Of a DNA stretch of 13,468 nt, positions 4,685-13,178 are shown in pieces. Where the stretch lies: assembly GCA_046758705.1 (NCBI GenBank), contig JBHIAT010000097.1, positions 1 through 13,468 on the forward strand. The letters are read 5' to 3'. Under the pieces are notes generated by a model. That model saw only the letters and a program-made list of their open reading frames with translations. It made no database searches and was not told where the DNA came from. Position 1 is the stretch's first letter; each line of letters starts with the position of its first letter. The translations under genes and the position numbers were made by a program. Source of the DNA: Candidatus Bipolaricaulia bacterium. GTDB lineage: Bacteria; Bipolaricaulota; Bipolaricaulia; JBHIAT01.

Positions 4685-7414
4685 TCAACCTGAACCCAGC
4701 GCCTCCAGATTCTTCTCGAGCCGTTCCTTCTTCTCCAGGAACTCCTCCCTCTTCCCCTTCTCCTTCTCGATCACCTCATCGGGCGCCTTCTCGAGGAACT
4801 CTGCGTTGTTCAGTCGCTTCAGCGACCGATCGAGGTCGGACTTTACCGACGCCAGCTCCCGCTGTAGGCGCTCGCGCTCCTGATCCATGTCGATGAGCCC
4901 CTCCAACGGGATGAACACTTCGGCCCCCTCCAGCACCTTGCGCGGCGCCTTCGTCGGTCGTTCCACGGCGGGACCGAGCTCGGTGATCCGGGCATTGGCC
5001 AGTTCGTGGAAGAAGACCTGGTTCTCCAATACCAGCTCCTTCACGCCGGCGTCCTCGACCTTGATCAGCACCTCGACCTCCGCGTTTGGGGGGACGTTCA
5101 TCTCCGAGCGGATCGTCCGAACCGAACTGATCACACTCTGGAGCGTCTCCATGCGTGCCTCGACATCGGGGTCGACCTGGCCCAGTTCTTCCTGAGGGAA
5201 CGGCGCGATCATGATACTCTCCTCCCGTTCCTCCACGGCGGGCAACTGTCCCCAGATCTCCTCGGTGATGAACGGCATGAACGGATGGACCAGCTTCAGG
5301 ATCGCCACCAACGTCGTATACAGGATGGCTTGCGCCGTCTCCCTTCCCCTGCCTGAAGCATCGTCAACGTCCTCGTACCCGTAAAGGCGGGGTTTGGTCA
5401 TCTCCACGTACCAATCGCAGAAATCGCTCCACACGAACCCATAGAGCGCCGCGGCCGCGTGGTTGAAGTCGTACTGCTTCAGGGCACGTCGCACGGCGAC
5501 GATCGTTCGCTGAAGGCGGGATCGGATCCAGCGGTCCTCAAGCCGCAACTCCTCAGGCCCAGGCTCGGGCGCGGAGTCCCCGTCGGAGTCCCCGAGATTC
5601 ATCAGGACGAATCGGGAGACGTTCCAGATCTTGTTGAGGAACTTTCGATTGCCGTCGATGTCGTGAGTCGACAGTCTGATCCCGCGTCCCTTCGATGTGG
5701 AGGCGGCCAGCGTGAACCGCAAAGCATCCATCCCGTAGTTCGCCTTCATCTCCAGGGGATCGATGACATTCCCCTTCGATTTGCTCATCTTCTGTCCCGT
5801 CTCATCCTTAATCAACGGGGTAAGTAGTACCTCTCGAAACGGGATCTCCTCCATGAAGTGCAGCCCCATCATGATCATTCGCGCCACCCAGAAGAACAGG
5901 ATATCATGTCCGGTGATCAACAGAGATGTGGGATAGAATTCCTTCAAATCCTCGGTCTCCTCAGGCCAGCCCATGATGGTGAACGGCCACAGCGCTGAGG
6001 AGAACCAGGTATCCAGCACATCCTCATCCTGGTGGATCCGGTGGCTCTCGCAGCCGGAGCACCCCTCGGGGACCTCTCGACTGACAGTGATCTCATCGCA
6101 ATCGTCGCAGTACCACGCAGGGATGCGGTGCCCCCACCACAGCTGTCGGGAGATAACCCAATCCCGAATGTTCTCCATCCAGTCAAAGTAGACCTTGTTC
6201 CAGGAATCAGGGATCAACTCGATCTTGCCGTCTCGGACGACGTCGATCGCCGGCTGGGCCAGCTCAGCCATCTCGACGAACCACTGTCGGGAGATGAGCG
6301 GCTCGACCATCGTCCCGCAGCGCTGGCAATGCCCGATGGCGTGTTGGTACTCCTCGACCCGTTCCAGGTACCCGGCGGCCTCCAGATCCTTGACGAGTTT
6401 CTCCCGGCAGGCGTAGCGATCAAGTCTCCGGCACTTGCCCGCGTTGTCGTTCATCGTGCCATCCAGGTTCATCACGGTGAGCGGCTCAAAACCATGGCGC
6501 CGACCGATCTCGAAGTCGGTCATGTCATGGGCCGGGGTCACCTTGAGGACCCCGGTCCCAAACTCCGGATCGACCGCTTCATCGCCGACGATCTCCAGCT
6601 CCCTCCCCACCAGCGGCAAGCTGGCATGCCTCCCGATGAGTTCTCGGTAGCGGTCGTCCTCAGGGTGGACGGCGATCCCCGTGTCCCCGAGCATCGTCTC
6701 CGGCCGGGTGGTGGCGATGCTCACGTGCGTCGGCTCGCCCCCCGCATTCCCGTCCTCGTCCTCATCGGAATCTTCGCTCTTCACACCCGGGGTACCAACC
6801 AGCGGGTAGCGGATGGTGTAGAGCTTGCCGTCATGCTCCAGGTGGTCGACCTCGATGTCGGAGAGCGCCGTCATACACCGGGGGCACCAATTGATGATGT
6901 AATCGTCCCGGTAGATATAGCCCTCCTCATACAGCCGGACGAACACCTCCACCACCGCTCGCGACAGCCCGTCATCGAGAGTGAACCGCTCCCGGTCCCA
7001 GTCGCAGGAGCACCCCAACGCCTTGAGCTGATCTCGGATCACCCCCCCGTACTGTTCCTTCCACGCCCAGACTCGCTTGACAAACGCCTCGCGCCCGAGA
7101 TCGTGGCGTGTCAACCCTTCCTCATCAAGCTCGCGTTCTACGACGTTCTGGGTGGCGATGCCGGCATGATCGGTCCCCGGGAACCAGATGGCTTTGAACC
7201 CATCCATTTGCCGGTAGCGGATCACGATGTCTTGGAGCGTGTTGTTGAGCGCATGCCCCATATGGAGGCTACCGGTGATGTTCGGCGGCGGGATTACGAT
7301 TGAGAACGGTTCCGTGCCTCCCGGGCTCTTGAAATAACCCCGCGCCTCCCAAACCTGGTACCAGCGTTCCTCTACCTGGTCCGGGTTGTATCTCTTGGAC
7401 AGAGACGGGTTCAT
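4685..7414 (-). CDS. valS: Valine--tRNA ligase
   Basis: PPPNITGSLHMGH (HIGH), GTDHAGIATQ, DWVISRQLWWGHRIP, DVLDTWFSS, KMSKS and C-terminal coiled coil. Confidence 0.99.
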   Translation of the reverse strand: MNPSLSKRYNPDQVEERWYQVWEARGYFKSPGGTEPFSIVIPPPNITGSLHMGHALNNTLQDIVIRYRQMDGFKAIWFPGTDHAGIATQNVVERELDEEGLTRHDLGREAFVKRVWAWKEQYGGVIRDQLKALGCSCDWDRERFTLDDGLSRAVVEVFVRLYEEGYIYRDDYIINWCPRCMTALSDIEVDHLEHDGKLYTIRYPLVGTPGVKSEDSDEDEDGNAGGEPTHVSIATTRPETMLGDTGIAVHPEDDRYRELIGRHASLPLVGRELEIVGDEAVDPEFGTGVLKVTPAHDMTDFEIGRRHGFEPLTVMNLDGTMNDNAGKCRRLDRYACREKLVKDLEAAGYLERVEEYQHAIGHCQRCGTMVEPLISRQWFVEMAELAQPAIDVVRDGKIELIPDSWNKVYFDWMENIRDWVISRQLWWGHRIPAWYCDDCDEITVSREVPEGCSGCESHRIHQDEDVLDTWFSSALWPFTIMGWPEETEDLKEFYPTSLLITGHDILFFWVARMIMMGLHFMEEIPFREVLLTPLIKDETGQKMSKSKGNVIDPLEMKANYGMDALRFTLAASTSKGRGIRLSTHDIDGNRKFLNKIWNVSRFVLMNLGDSDGDSAPEPGPEELRLEDRWIRSRLQRTIVAVRRALKQYDFNHAAAALYGFVWSDFCDWYVEMTKPRLYGYEDVDDASGRGRETAQAILYTTLVAILKLVHPFMPFITEEIWGQLPAVEEREESIMIAPFPQEELGQVDPDVEARMETLQSVISSVRTIRSEMNVPPNAEVEVLIKVEDAGVKELVLENQVFFHELANARITELGPAVERPTKAPRKVLEGAEVFIPLEGLIDMDQERERLQRELASVKSDLDRSLKRLNNAEFLEKAPDEVIEKEKGKREEFLEKKERLEKNLEALGSG

Positions 7415-7475
7415 ACCTATAGTTCCCTTCCCATCCTGGCCATGATCTCCATCCTATCAGACGACCTGACAGCGG

Positions 7476-7931
7476 TCAACCTGAGGTCCACTCCGTTTGA
7501 GTCAACTTGTAATCCAACAGCTCCTGTTCGTCGAAGAACAGTCTCGTCTCGCGGTCGGCCGATGCGGAAGAATCGGAGCCATGGATCAGATTCTTGGTCA
7601 GGTCGAGGCCGAAATCCCCGCGGATCGTGCCCGGCTTTGCCTCGAACGGATTCGTCGCTCCCATCAGCCCGCGAACCACCTCGACGGCCCGCTCGCCTTC
7701 GACAATCATCACGACCGCAGGCGATGAGGTGACGAACCGGATGAGGTCCTCGAAGAACGGCTTTTCCCGATGCTCTGCGTAATGGATCTCGGCCAATTCC
7801 CGATCCACCTGGATCATCTTCATGGCCATGATCTTGAGTCCTTTGACTTCGATCTGGCCCAGCAGAGTTCCGATCAGTCCGCGCTGGACTGCGTCCGGTT
7901 TGAGCATCACGAACGTTCGTTCGACGGCCAT
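7476..7931 (-). CDS. ndk: Nucleoside diphosphate kinase
   Basis: ERTFVMLKPDAVQRGLIG, PGTIRGDF and NLIHGSDS with the catalytic His. Confidence 0.99.
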   Translation of the reverse strand: MAVERTFVMLKPDAVQRGLIGTLLGQIEVKGLKIMAMKMIQVDRELAEIHYAEHREKPFFEDLIRFVTSSPAVVMIVEGERAVEVVRGLMGATNPFEAKPGTIRGDFGLDLTKNLIHGSDSSASADRETRLFFDEQELLDYKLTQTEWTSG

Positions 7932-7956
7932 CGGCCCCTCCTTCTCCTTCCCCTGA

Positions 7957-9090
7957 TCATCGGGGCATCCGGGTGTACCGGTTCCCCTCGACCTCCACGA
8001 TCAATTCCTTCATCTGGAGTTGGAGGACCAGTTGCGAGACCTGAGCGGGGGAGAGACCGGTCTGCTCGATGATATCGTTGAAGTGGATCGGGTCAAACGC
8101 CAGGGCATCGAGGACCTGCCGTTCCTCGGAGGAGACGGAGATAGTGGACGGCTCGGTTCCGGATCGGGCCGAACTTCGCTCCAGGAGGCGGGCCAGATCC
8201 TCGAACTCCTCCACAACATCCTCGGGTCCTTCGATCAACTTGGCCCCCTGTTTGATCAGCCGATGGGTCCCCTGGCTCGTCTCCCGAGTGATCTCCCCCG
8301 GGACAGCGAACACCTCCCGCCCCTGATCGAGCGCCAGGTCGGCGGTGATCAGTGCCCCGCTGGTTGCCGGCGCCTCGACAACGATCGTGCCTCGACTCAG
8401 GCCGCTGATGATTCGATTCCGCTGGGGGAAGGTCCAGCGATCGGGGCGCATCCCGATCGAGAACTCACTCAACACACAACCGGCGTTTGCGATCCGCTGA
8501 CACAACTCCCGGTTCTCGGCCGGATAGATGTGGGCGAACCCCGAGCCGAGGACCGCGATCGTTCGGGCGCCAGCGGCCAGCGCCCCCCGGTGCGCTGCCG
8601 TGTCGATTCCGAGAGCCATCCCGCTCACGATCGTGAACCCCAGCTTCCCCAGCTCCCGGGCAAGCCGCTCGGTGATCAGTCGACCATAGGTTGAGCAGCG
8701 ACGCGTTCCCACGATCGAGACCGACAGTCCATCGCGATCGAGATAATCACCCTGGACGTAGAGCACCGGAGGGGGGTTCGGGATCGCCCGCAACGGCTCA
8801 GGATAACCGCCGTCGTCCAGCGTCAGAATGTGAAGGTCGAGACGCTCGATCCGGGCCAGCTCCCGGTCCGGGTCGATCTCGCCCCGCTCCCTGACAAAGG
8901 CGTCGACAACATCGCTGAATCCGGGCACGTTGTGGAGCGCCCCAGACGGCGCCCTCCAGATCGCCTCCGGGCTTTCGAAGTGATCGAGGAGGGTCTGAAA
9001 CCGCCGAGGTGTCATCTTCGAGATCATGTTCAGGCCGATCCAGCACCGTTTCGTTCCCAGATCCGATTCGCTCATCCTCGGAACCACCAT
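7957..9090 (-). CDS. dprA: DNA-processing protein DprA
   Basis: YP..LR.IPNPPPVLY, SIVGTR..S.YG, VSGMALGID..AH, FPQRNRIISGLS, EA...SGALITA..ALDQGREVFAVPG and C-terminal winged helix. Start is 9090 or 9075, not 9216. Confidence 0.97.
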   Translation of the reverse strand: MVVPRMSESDLGTKRCWIGLNMISKMTPRRFQTLLDHFESPEAIWRAPSGALHNVPGFSDVVDAFVRERGEIDPDRELARIERLDLHILTLDDGGYPEPLRAIPNPPPVLYVQGDYLDRDGLSVSIVGTRRCSTYGRLITERLARELGKLGFTIVSGMALGIDTAAHRGALAAGARTIAVLGSGFAHIYPAENRELCQRIANAGCVLSEFSIGMRPDRWTFPQRNRIISGLSRGTIVVEAPATSGALITADLALDQGREVFAVPGEITRETSQGTHRLIKQGAKLIEGPEDVVEEFEDLARLLERSSARSGTEPSTISVSSEERQVLDALAFDPIHFNDIIEQTGLSPAQVSQLVLQLQMKELIVEVEGNRYTRMPR

Positions 9091-9095
9091 GCCGT

Positions 9096-9125
9096 AGTCT
9101 AACGAAAAGCGTTCCGGCCTGTCAA
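9096..9125 (-). promoter_or_regulatory. Sigma70 promoter of dprA (probably also ndk and downstream genes)
   Basis: TTGACA (9125-9120) - 18 bp - TAGACT (9101-9096), ending 5 nt before ATG 9090. Confidence 0.7.
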
Positions 9126-9160
9126 CGAAGTAACGGGGGGAGGGGTGCAACCAGCATCCC

Positions 9161-9303
9161 AGACAGGTGCTGCTGTTGGAGGCGGAGACCCTGACCGCCC
9201 TCGACCTGAAGCCCATATCGAAGAGCTCAATGAGCGACCGGGCCTTGCCAAACAGCTCGACGGACGACGTGGTATGCTGGCTAAAGTGATCCGAATCGGT
9301 GGC
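9161..9303 (+). pseudogene. MOSC-domain protein remnant (internally deleted, frameshifted)
   Basis: One frame from 9161 gives RQVLLLEAETLTALDLKP; a second frame gives HIEELNERPGLAKQLDGRRGMLAKVIRIG. These resemble the N-terminal RQV and C-terminal PGL...GRRGM.A.V segments of MOSC proteins with the middle missing. Confidence 0.55.
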
Positions 9304-9312
9304 CTGCTTCCG

Positions 9313-10434
9313 CTAACGCTCCCTAAAGATGGGCTTCAGGACTCTTGACTTGCCGATCCGTTTTATTTCGGACTCAACTTCGTCAAGGTTGTCGAAGTTT
9401 ATGCCCTCTTTGGTCTTAATGGGAACCGATTTGTTCAACAATATTCGGGTAAAGAGATCCTCAAAGACCTTAACAATCTCTGGACTGTGGATAATGATCG
9501 CGTCGCTAATGAAGTTTGGGTATCGAGCATCCCGTGATATACATAGCAGCACATACTTACCCGACAGCACAACCATATCGAAAAACAGTGTCAGAGGGGG
9601 TGCCACCAATGCGCTTAAGAAGTACTGATCGATATCTTTTGCATCCTCTACGCGCGCCTTCAGGTCCTCCATATCTTTTTTGCTGTTCAAAAGTACGACC
9701 TGTTTCACTTCAAAACCGACTTCCCTAAGGACTTGCCACCATTTTCTCATGAAATCCTTGTAGTAGTATTCCTTGAATTTCGCATAGAGTTCCTCAAAGT
9801 CCGAGATATATACGATATCATCAGGGGTGTAAGAGTCGAGGGACTCGTAAAGAAACTCGTGAAGCCCGGCTCTGTCGACAACCTGCACTGCCCGAGCCGT
9901 GCCGCTTTGTCGTAAAAAGTTAAGCGTTTCGATTAAGCGTTCTGAAACGACACGAAGTTCCTTGTTCCTGGCTAACACGATCAGTACAAACATGACACCC
10001 ACGGTCACCAGCGTAAATTTCTTCAACAGCGGTCCCATATCCGAGAAATCGCCTGGGAAACCACCGACCAGATCGATCAACAGAATGATGAAGCTCATGA
10101 TGAGCAGTAACGCCCCTATGATTTGAGACGCGACTGTTGCAACTTTTCGCGAAAACGGAATCTCTTCAGTCGATGGCAGTTTAGCTTGAGGATTTAGTAT
10201 GACATGTTGCAAGGACAAGATCTGTTCACGAATTTGAGTGATGTTTACCGGACCTTCCAGGTATTGTGACAATACAATGAGCCCCATAACGATAATCAGC
10301 ATGGCATCGAGTTGAAGTTCGGTTGGATTTAAAAACATTTGCAACGGGTCGGGACTGCCCAAACTATTGCCGAGCAATATGAATCCAACGACCGTGACCA
10401 ACGCGACGAGCGCTATACTAATTCCTTCTCCCAT
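9313..10434 (-). CDS. Hypothetical membrane protein: ~4 TM helices plus soluble C-terminal domain, possibly an inactive PLD/TrmB-like fold
   Basis: 373-aa ORF with GGAG SD; two pairs of hydrophobic segments in the first ~155 aa; visibly AT-richer than neighbours. The fold guess rests only on the strand/helix pattern (FFDMVVLSGKYVLL...AIIIHSPEIVKVFEDLF). Confidence 0.8.
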   Translation of the reverse strand: MGEGISIALVALVTVVGFILLGNSLGSPDPLQMFLNPTELQLDAMLIIVMGLIVLSQYLEGPVNITQIREQILSLQHVILNPQAKLPSTEEIPFSRKVATVASQIIGALLLIMSFIILLIDLVGGFPGDFSDMGPLLKKFTLVTVGVMFVLIVLARNKELRVVSERLIETLNFLRQSGTARAVQVVDRAGLHEFLYESLDSYTPDDIVYISDFEELYAKFKEYYYKDFMRKWWQVLREVGFEVKQVVLLNSKKDMEDLKARVEDAKDIDQYFLSALVAPPLTLFFDMVVLSGKYVLLCISRDARYPNFISDAIIIHSPEIVKVFEDLFTRILLNKSVPIKTKEGINFDNLDEVESEIKRIGKSRVLKPIFRER

Positions 10435-10640
10435 GACGGCTCCAGGTGATCAAGTTATAGTTATAGTTATGGGCATTCTGTTGATCTATATCCCTCAATG
10501 ATATTTGTGCCCTGAAATACGGATTCTAGGAACTATTGATAAAAGATATAGCTTTGAATCGGACAACCCTCAAGGCTTCGGCGGTCGGGCTCAACTCAGG
10601 GGAGGTGTCCGCCGCTTTCTTCCTGTAGGAGAGGTCCGCT

Positions 10641-12026
10641 TCACTGTCCCATATGCCACAGCACCTCTTCCATGGAGGTGATCCCGCCGATGACCTTGCG
10701 CAGACCATCCCCGATGAGGGTGGTCATCCCACTGTTGATCGCTTCCTGGATGATCTTCTCATCGGAGGCCCGCTCCGCGATCATATCCCGGATCCGTTCG
10801 TTGACGACGAGCAGCTCGAAGATGCCGGTCCTTCCCCGATATCCCCGGTTGCTACACTGAGTACAGCCGATCGGGCGATAGATCGTCTTGACCGATTCGG
10901 CCGCTCCGCGAAGGTGGATTTCGAAGATCTTCTGCTCCCATTTCTCCAGTTGAGCCTGCTGTTTGCAACTGCCGCAGAGCTTACGGACGAGCCGCTGAGC
11001 GATCACCCCTCTCAGTGTAGCGGCCAGCAGGTAGGGCTCTGCGCCCATGTTGAGCAGCCGCGGCACCGTGCCGACGGCCGAGTTGGAGTGGAGCGTCGAG
11101 AAGACGAGGTGGCCGGTGAGCGCGGCGCGAGTCGCCATCTGGGCAGTCTCCTCGTCCCGGATCTCCCCGATCATGATCACGTCTGGATCCTGCCTGAAGA
11201 GATATCGGAGTGCACTGGCGAAATCGATGCCCTTTCTTGGGTTGACCTGGGTCTGGTTGATATTCTCGATCCGGTATTCTGGGGGGTCCTCAACGGTGGA
11301 GATGTTGATCTGGGGGGAGTTGATCGTCTTGAGGCTGGCGGTCAGCGTGGTCGTCTTCCCGCTTCCAGTGGGTCCGGTGGCCAGGATGAGGCCGGAGGGG
11401 CGGCGGATCAGCTGTTGATACTGATCGAGCGCCCTCCCTTGCAACCCCAGTTCCTCGATAGCCAAGGTGGCCGGGGGGTTCAACACGCGTAGGACGATCT
11501 TGTCGCCGTAGATGAACGGGAAGATCGACACCCGAAACTCGTGCTTGTCCAGTACGATACTGCCGTCCTGGGGGATTCCCCTCTGGATGATGTCGAGATC
11601 GGCCATGACCCGAACCCGGGCGACCAGTTCCTTGTGGATATCCATGGGGAGTTGCGCCATTTCGTGCAGCACCCCGTCGATGCGATAGCGTACCCGGAGC
11701 CGATCGGGGAACGGTTCGATGTGGATGTCGCTGACCTCCCGCTCCAGCGCTTCGTTGATGATCGATGCCACGATCTGGTTGACCGGCTTATGGGCGGTCA
11801 CCTGGGGGACCTGGGGGACCTTCTTCTCCCACATCCTGGTTCTCTGCAGGTGGAGCGCCTGCTGGAGGTCCTCCTCGGTGATGCAACCTTGCTCGATCAG
11901 GATCTCACCGAGCCGTCTTTCCACCTCCTCGGCCTTCTGGATCGCCAGCGCCTTGGTTAACTCGGTCTCGGAGAGCTTCCCGATGTCGATCAGGATGTCT
12001 CCCAGACGATTACCAGCTCTCGGCAC
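10641..12026 (-). CDS. GspE/PilB-family secretion/pilus assembly ATPase with N-terminal MshEN c-di-GMP-binding motifs
   Basis: SDIHIEP, RYRIDG, Walker A GPTGSGKTT, TVEDPPEY, RQDPDVIMIGEIRD, TGHLVFSTLH, CxxC...CxxC, GYRGR. Two RLGxxLIxxGxx-xxxx-LxxxLxxQ repeats at the N-terminus; GTG start with GGAGGT SD. Confidence 0.95.
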   Translation of the reverse strand: MPRAGNRLGDILIDIGKLSETELTKALAIQKAEEVERRLGEILIEQGCITEEDLQQALHLQRTRMWEKKVPQVPQVTAHKPVNQIVASIINEALEREVSDIHIEPFPDRLRVRYRIDGVLHEMAQLPMDIHKELVARVRVMADLDIIQRGIPQDGSIVLDKHEFRVSIFPFIYGDKIVLRVLNPPATLAIEELGLQGRALDQYQQLIRRPSGLILATGPTGSGKTTTLTASLKTINSPQINISTVEDPPEYRIENINQTQVNPRKGIDFASALRYLFRQDPDVIMIGEIRDEETAQMATRAALTGHLVFSTLHSNSAVGTVPRLLNMGAEPYLLAATLRGVIAQRLVRKLCGSCKQQAQLEKWEQKIFEIHLRGAAESVKTIYRPIGCTQCSNRGYRGRTGIFELLVVNERIRDMIAERASDEKIIQEAINSGMTTLIGDGLRKVIGGITSMEEVLWHMGQ

Positions 12027-12167
12027 CGTGGCTTACCTCCCCGTAAGCCGAGTATACCCCATTCACTGCGTTTCAGGTGGTCTTCCGCTACCTGAGGGCT
12101 ATAGGAGACATTCTTGAAGTGGGGGTTCCAATACAAAGCGGTGGGCAGCGACCACGACTTTCTCAGC

Positions 12168-13178
12168 CTATCGAGGGGCCGACCGATCCCGGTTCAGATG
12201 CTCACGGACGACGGCCGCCAAAGCAGCAATGAATGTGGGCCGGGTGTTCATCGACTCGGTCCGCCGGAGTTGCATCTCCAGTTCCTTGGCCCGTTCCTGA
12301 CACTCGACGTCGATGTCGTACAGGATCTCCAGATGGTCGGCGACGAACCCCACCGGGACGATCAACACATGGTGGTGGTCTGCCTGGGACAGCTCCTCCA
12401 GCACCTCCAGGATATCCGGGCCCAGCCACGGCTCCGGCGTATGACCGGCGCTCTGGTAGGCGAATTGCCAGGCAGCCAACCCGAGAAGCTCGGCCACCCC
12501 CTCGCAGGTCTCGAGGAGCTCTCGGGGGTAGGGGTCGCCCTCGGCGAGGATGCGTTCAGGTAGGCTGTGGGCGGTGAACACGATCGGCACCCGATCCCGA
12601 ACCGGCTCTGGGAAGTACAGAAGCGCGTCTTCAACCACCTCGGCGACGGCGCGCAGGAACCGAGGATGGTCGTTCCAACTGGTTACGAATGACAGATTGA
12701 GTCGGGTTTTAAGCTGTTTTTTCGCCGCTCGGACGGCCTCGATGTAACCGCCGACGCTCATCCGGGAGTAATGTGGTGCCAGGGCGAGGGCCACGACCCG
12801 GTACACGCCGTCCGCCGCGATCTCCTCGACGGTCTCGGCGATGAACGGATGCCAGTGCTTCATCCCGATGTAGACGCGAAACCGATCCCCGGCGGCGTTG
12901 AGCCGCTCCTCCAGCGCCCAGGCCTGCTCCCAGGTGATCTCAAGCAGGGGAGAACGTCCGCCGATACAGCGGTAGCGTCGTTCTAAATCCTCCACCTGGT
13001 CGCGCGACGGCACCCGTCCACCGCGGATATGGGTGTAATAAGCCTTGACATCCTCCAGGGAATCGGGGTTGCCGTAGGCCATTAACAGCACCCCGATCGT
13101 CTCATCGGCCTGCGGCTCGGCCTCGACGGGTCTCTCCTGGGTCAGCACTGCCTCATCGGCATGTACGGCTCTCGTCAT
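12168..13178 (-). CDS. hemH: Ferrochelatase, Bacillus/CpfC (coproporphyrin)-like
   Basis: GVLLMAYGNP...YYTHIRGGR, IGGRSPL, LAPHYS, FTAHSLP, GDPY, YQSAG...PWLGPD, GFVADHLEILYDID. ATG 13178 overlaps the upstream TAA (TAATG). Confidence 0.96.
   Translation of the reverse strand: MTRAVHADEAVLTQERPVEAEPQADETIGVLLMAYGNPDSLEDVKAYYTHIRGGRVPSRDQVEDLERRYRCIGGRSPLLEITWEQAWALEERLNAAGDRFRVYIGMKHWHPFIAETVEEIAADGVYRVVALALAPHYSRMSVGGYIEAVRAAKKQLKTRLNLSFVTSWNDHPRFLRAVAEVVEDALLYFPEPVRDRVPIVFTAHSLPERILAEGDPYPRELLETCEGVAELLGLAAWQFAYQSAGHTPEPWLGPDILEVLEELSQADHHHVLIVPVGFVADHLEILYDIDVECQERAKELEMQLRRTESMNTRPTFIAALAAVVREHLNRDRSAPR

Noticed and set aside
7415-7475. T-box or leader peptide (MARMGREL*) before valS
   Set aside because: The 61-bp gap is too short for a T-box, the mini-ORF has no Val codons, and its SD spacing is poor.
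4225-8694. Long + strand ORFs (e.g. 6032-7303, 8020-8694; likewise 10653-11492)
   Set aside because: Antisense shadows of GC-rich genes (uppS, valS, dprA, pilB).
7957-9216. 419-aa DprA start at 9216
   Set aside because: The extension overlaps the promoter and MOSC remnant; DprA-like sequence starts after 9090.
10555-10615. Similarity (TGAATCGG, CAACTCAG) to 263-303
   Set aside because: Only two 8-bp matches in a different order; compatible with chance.
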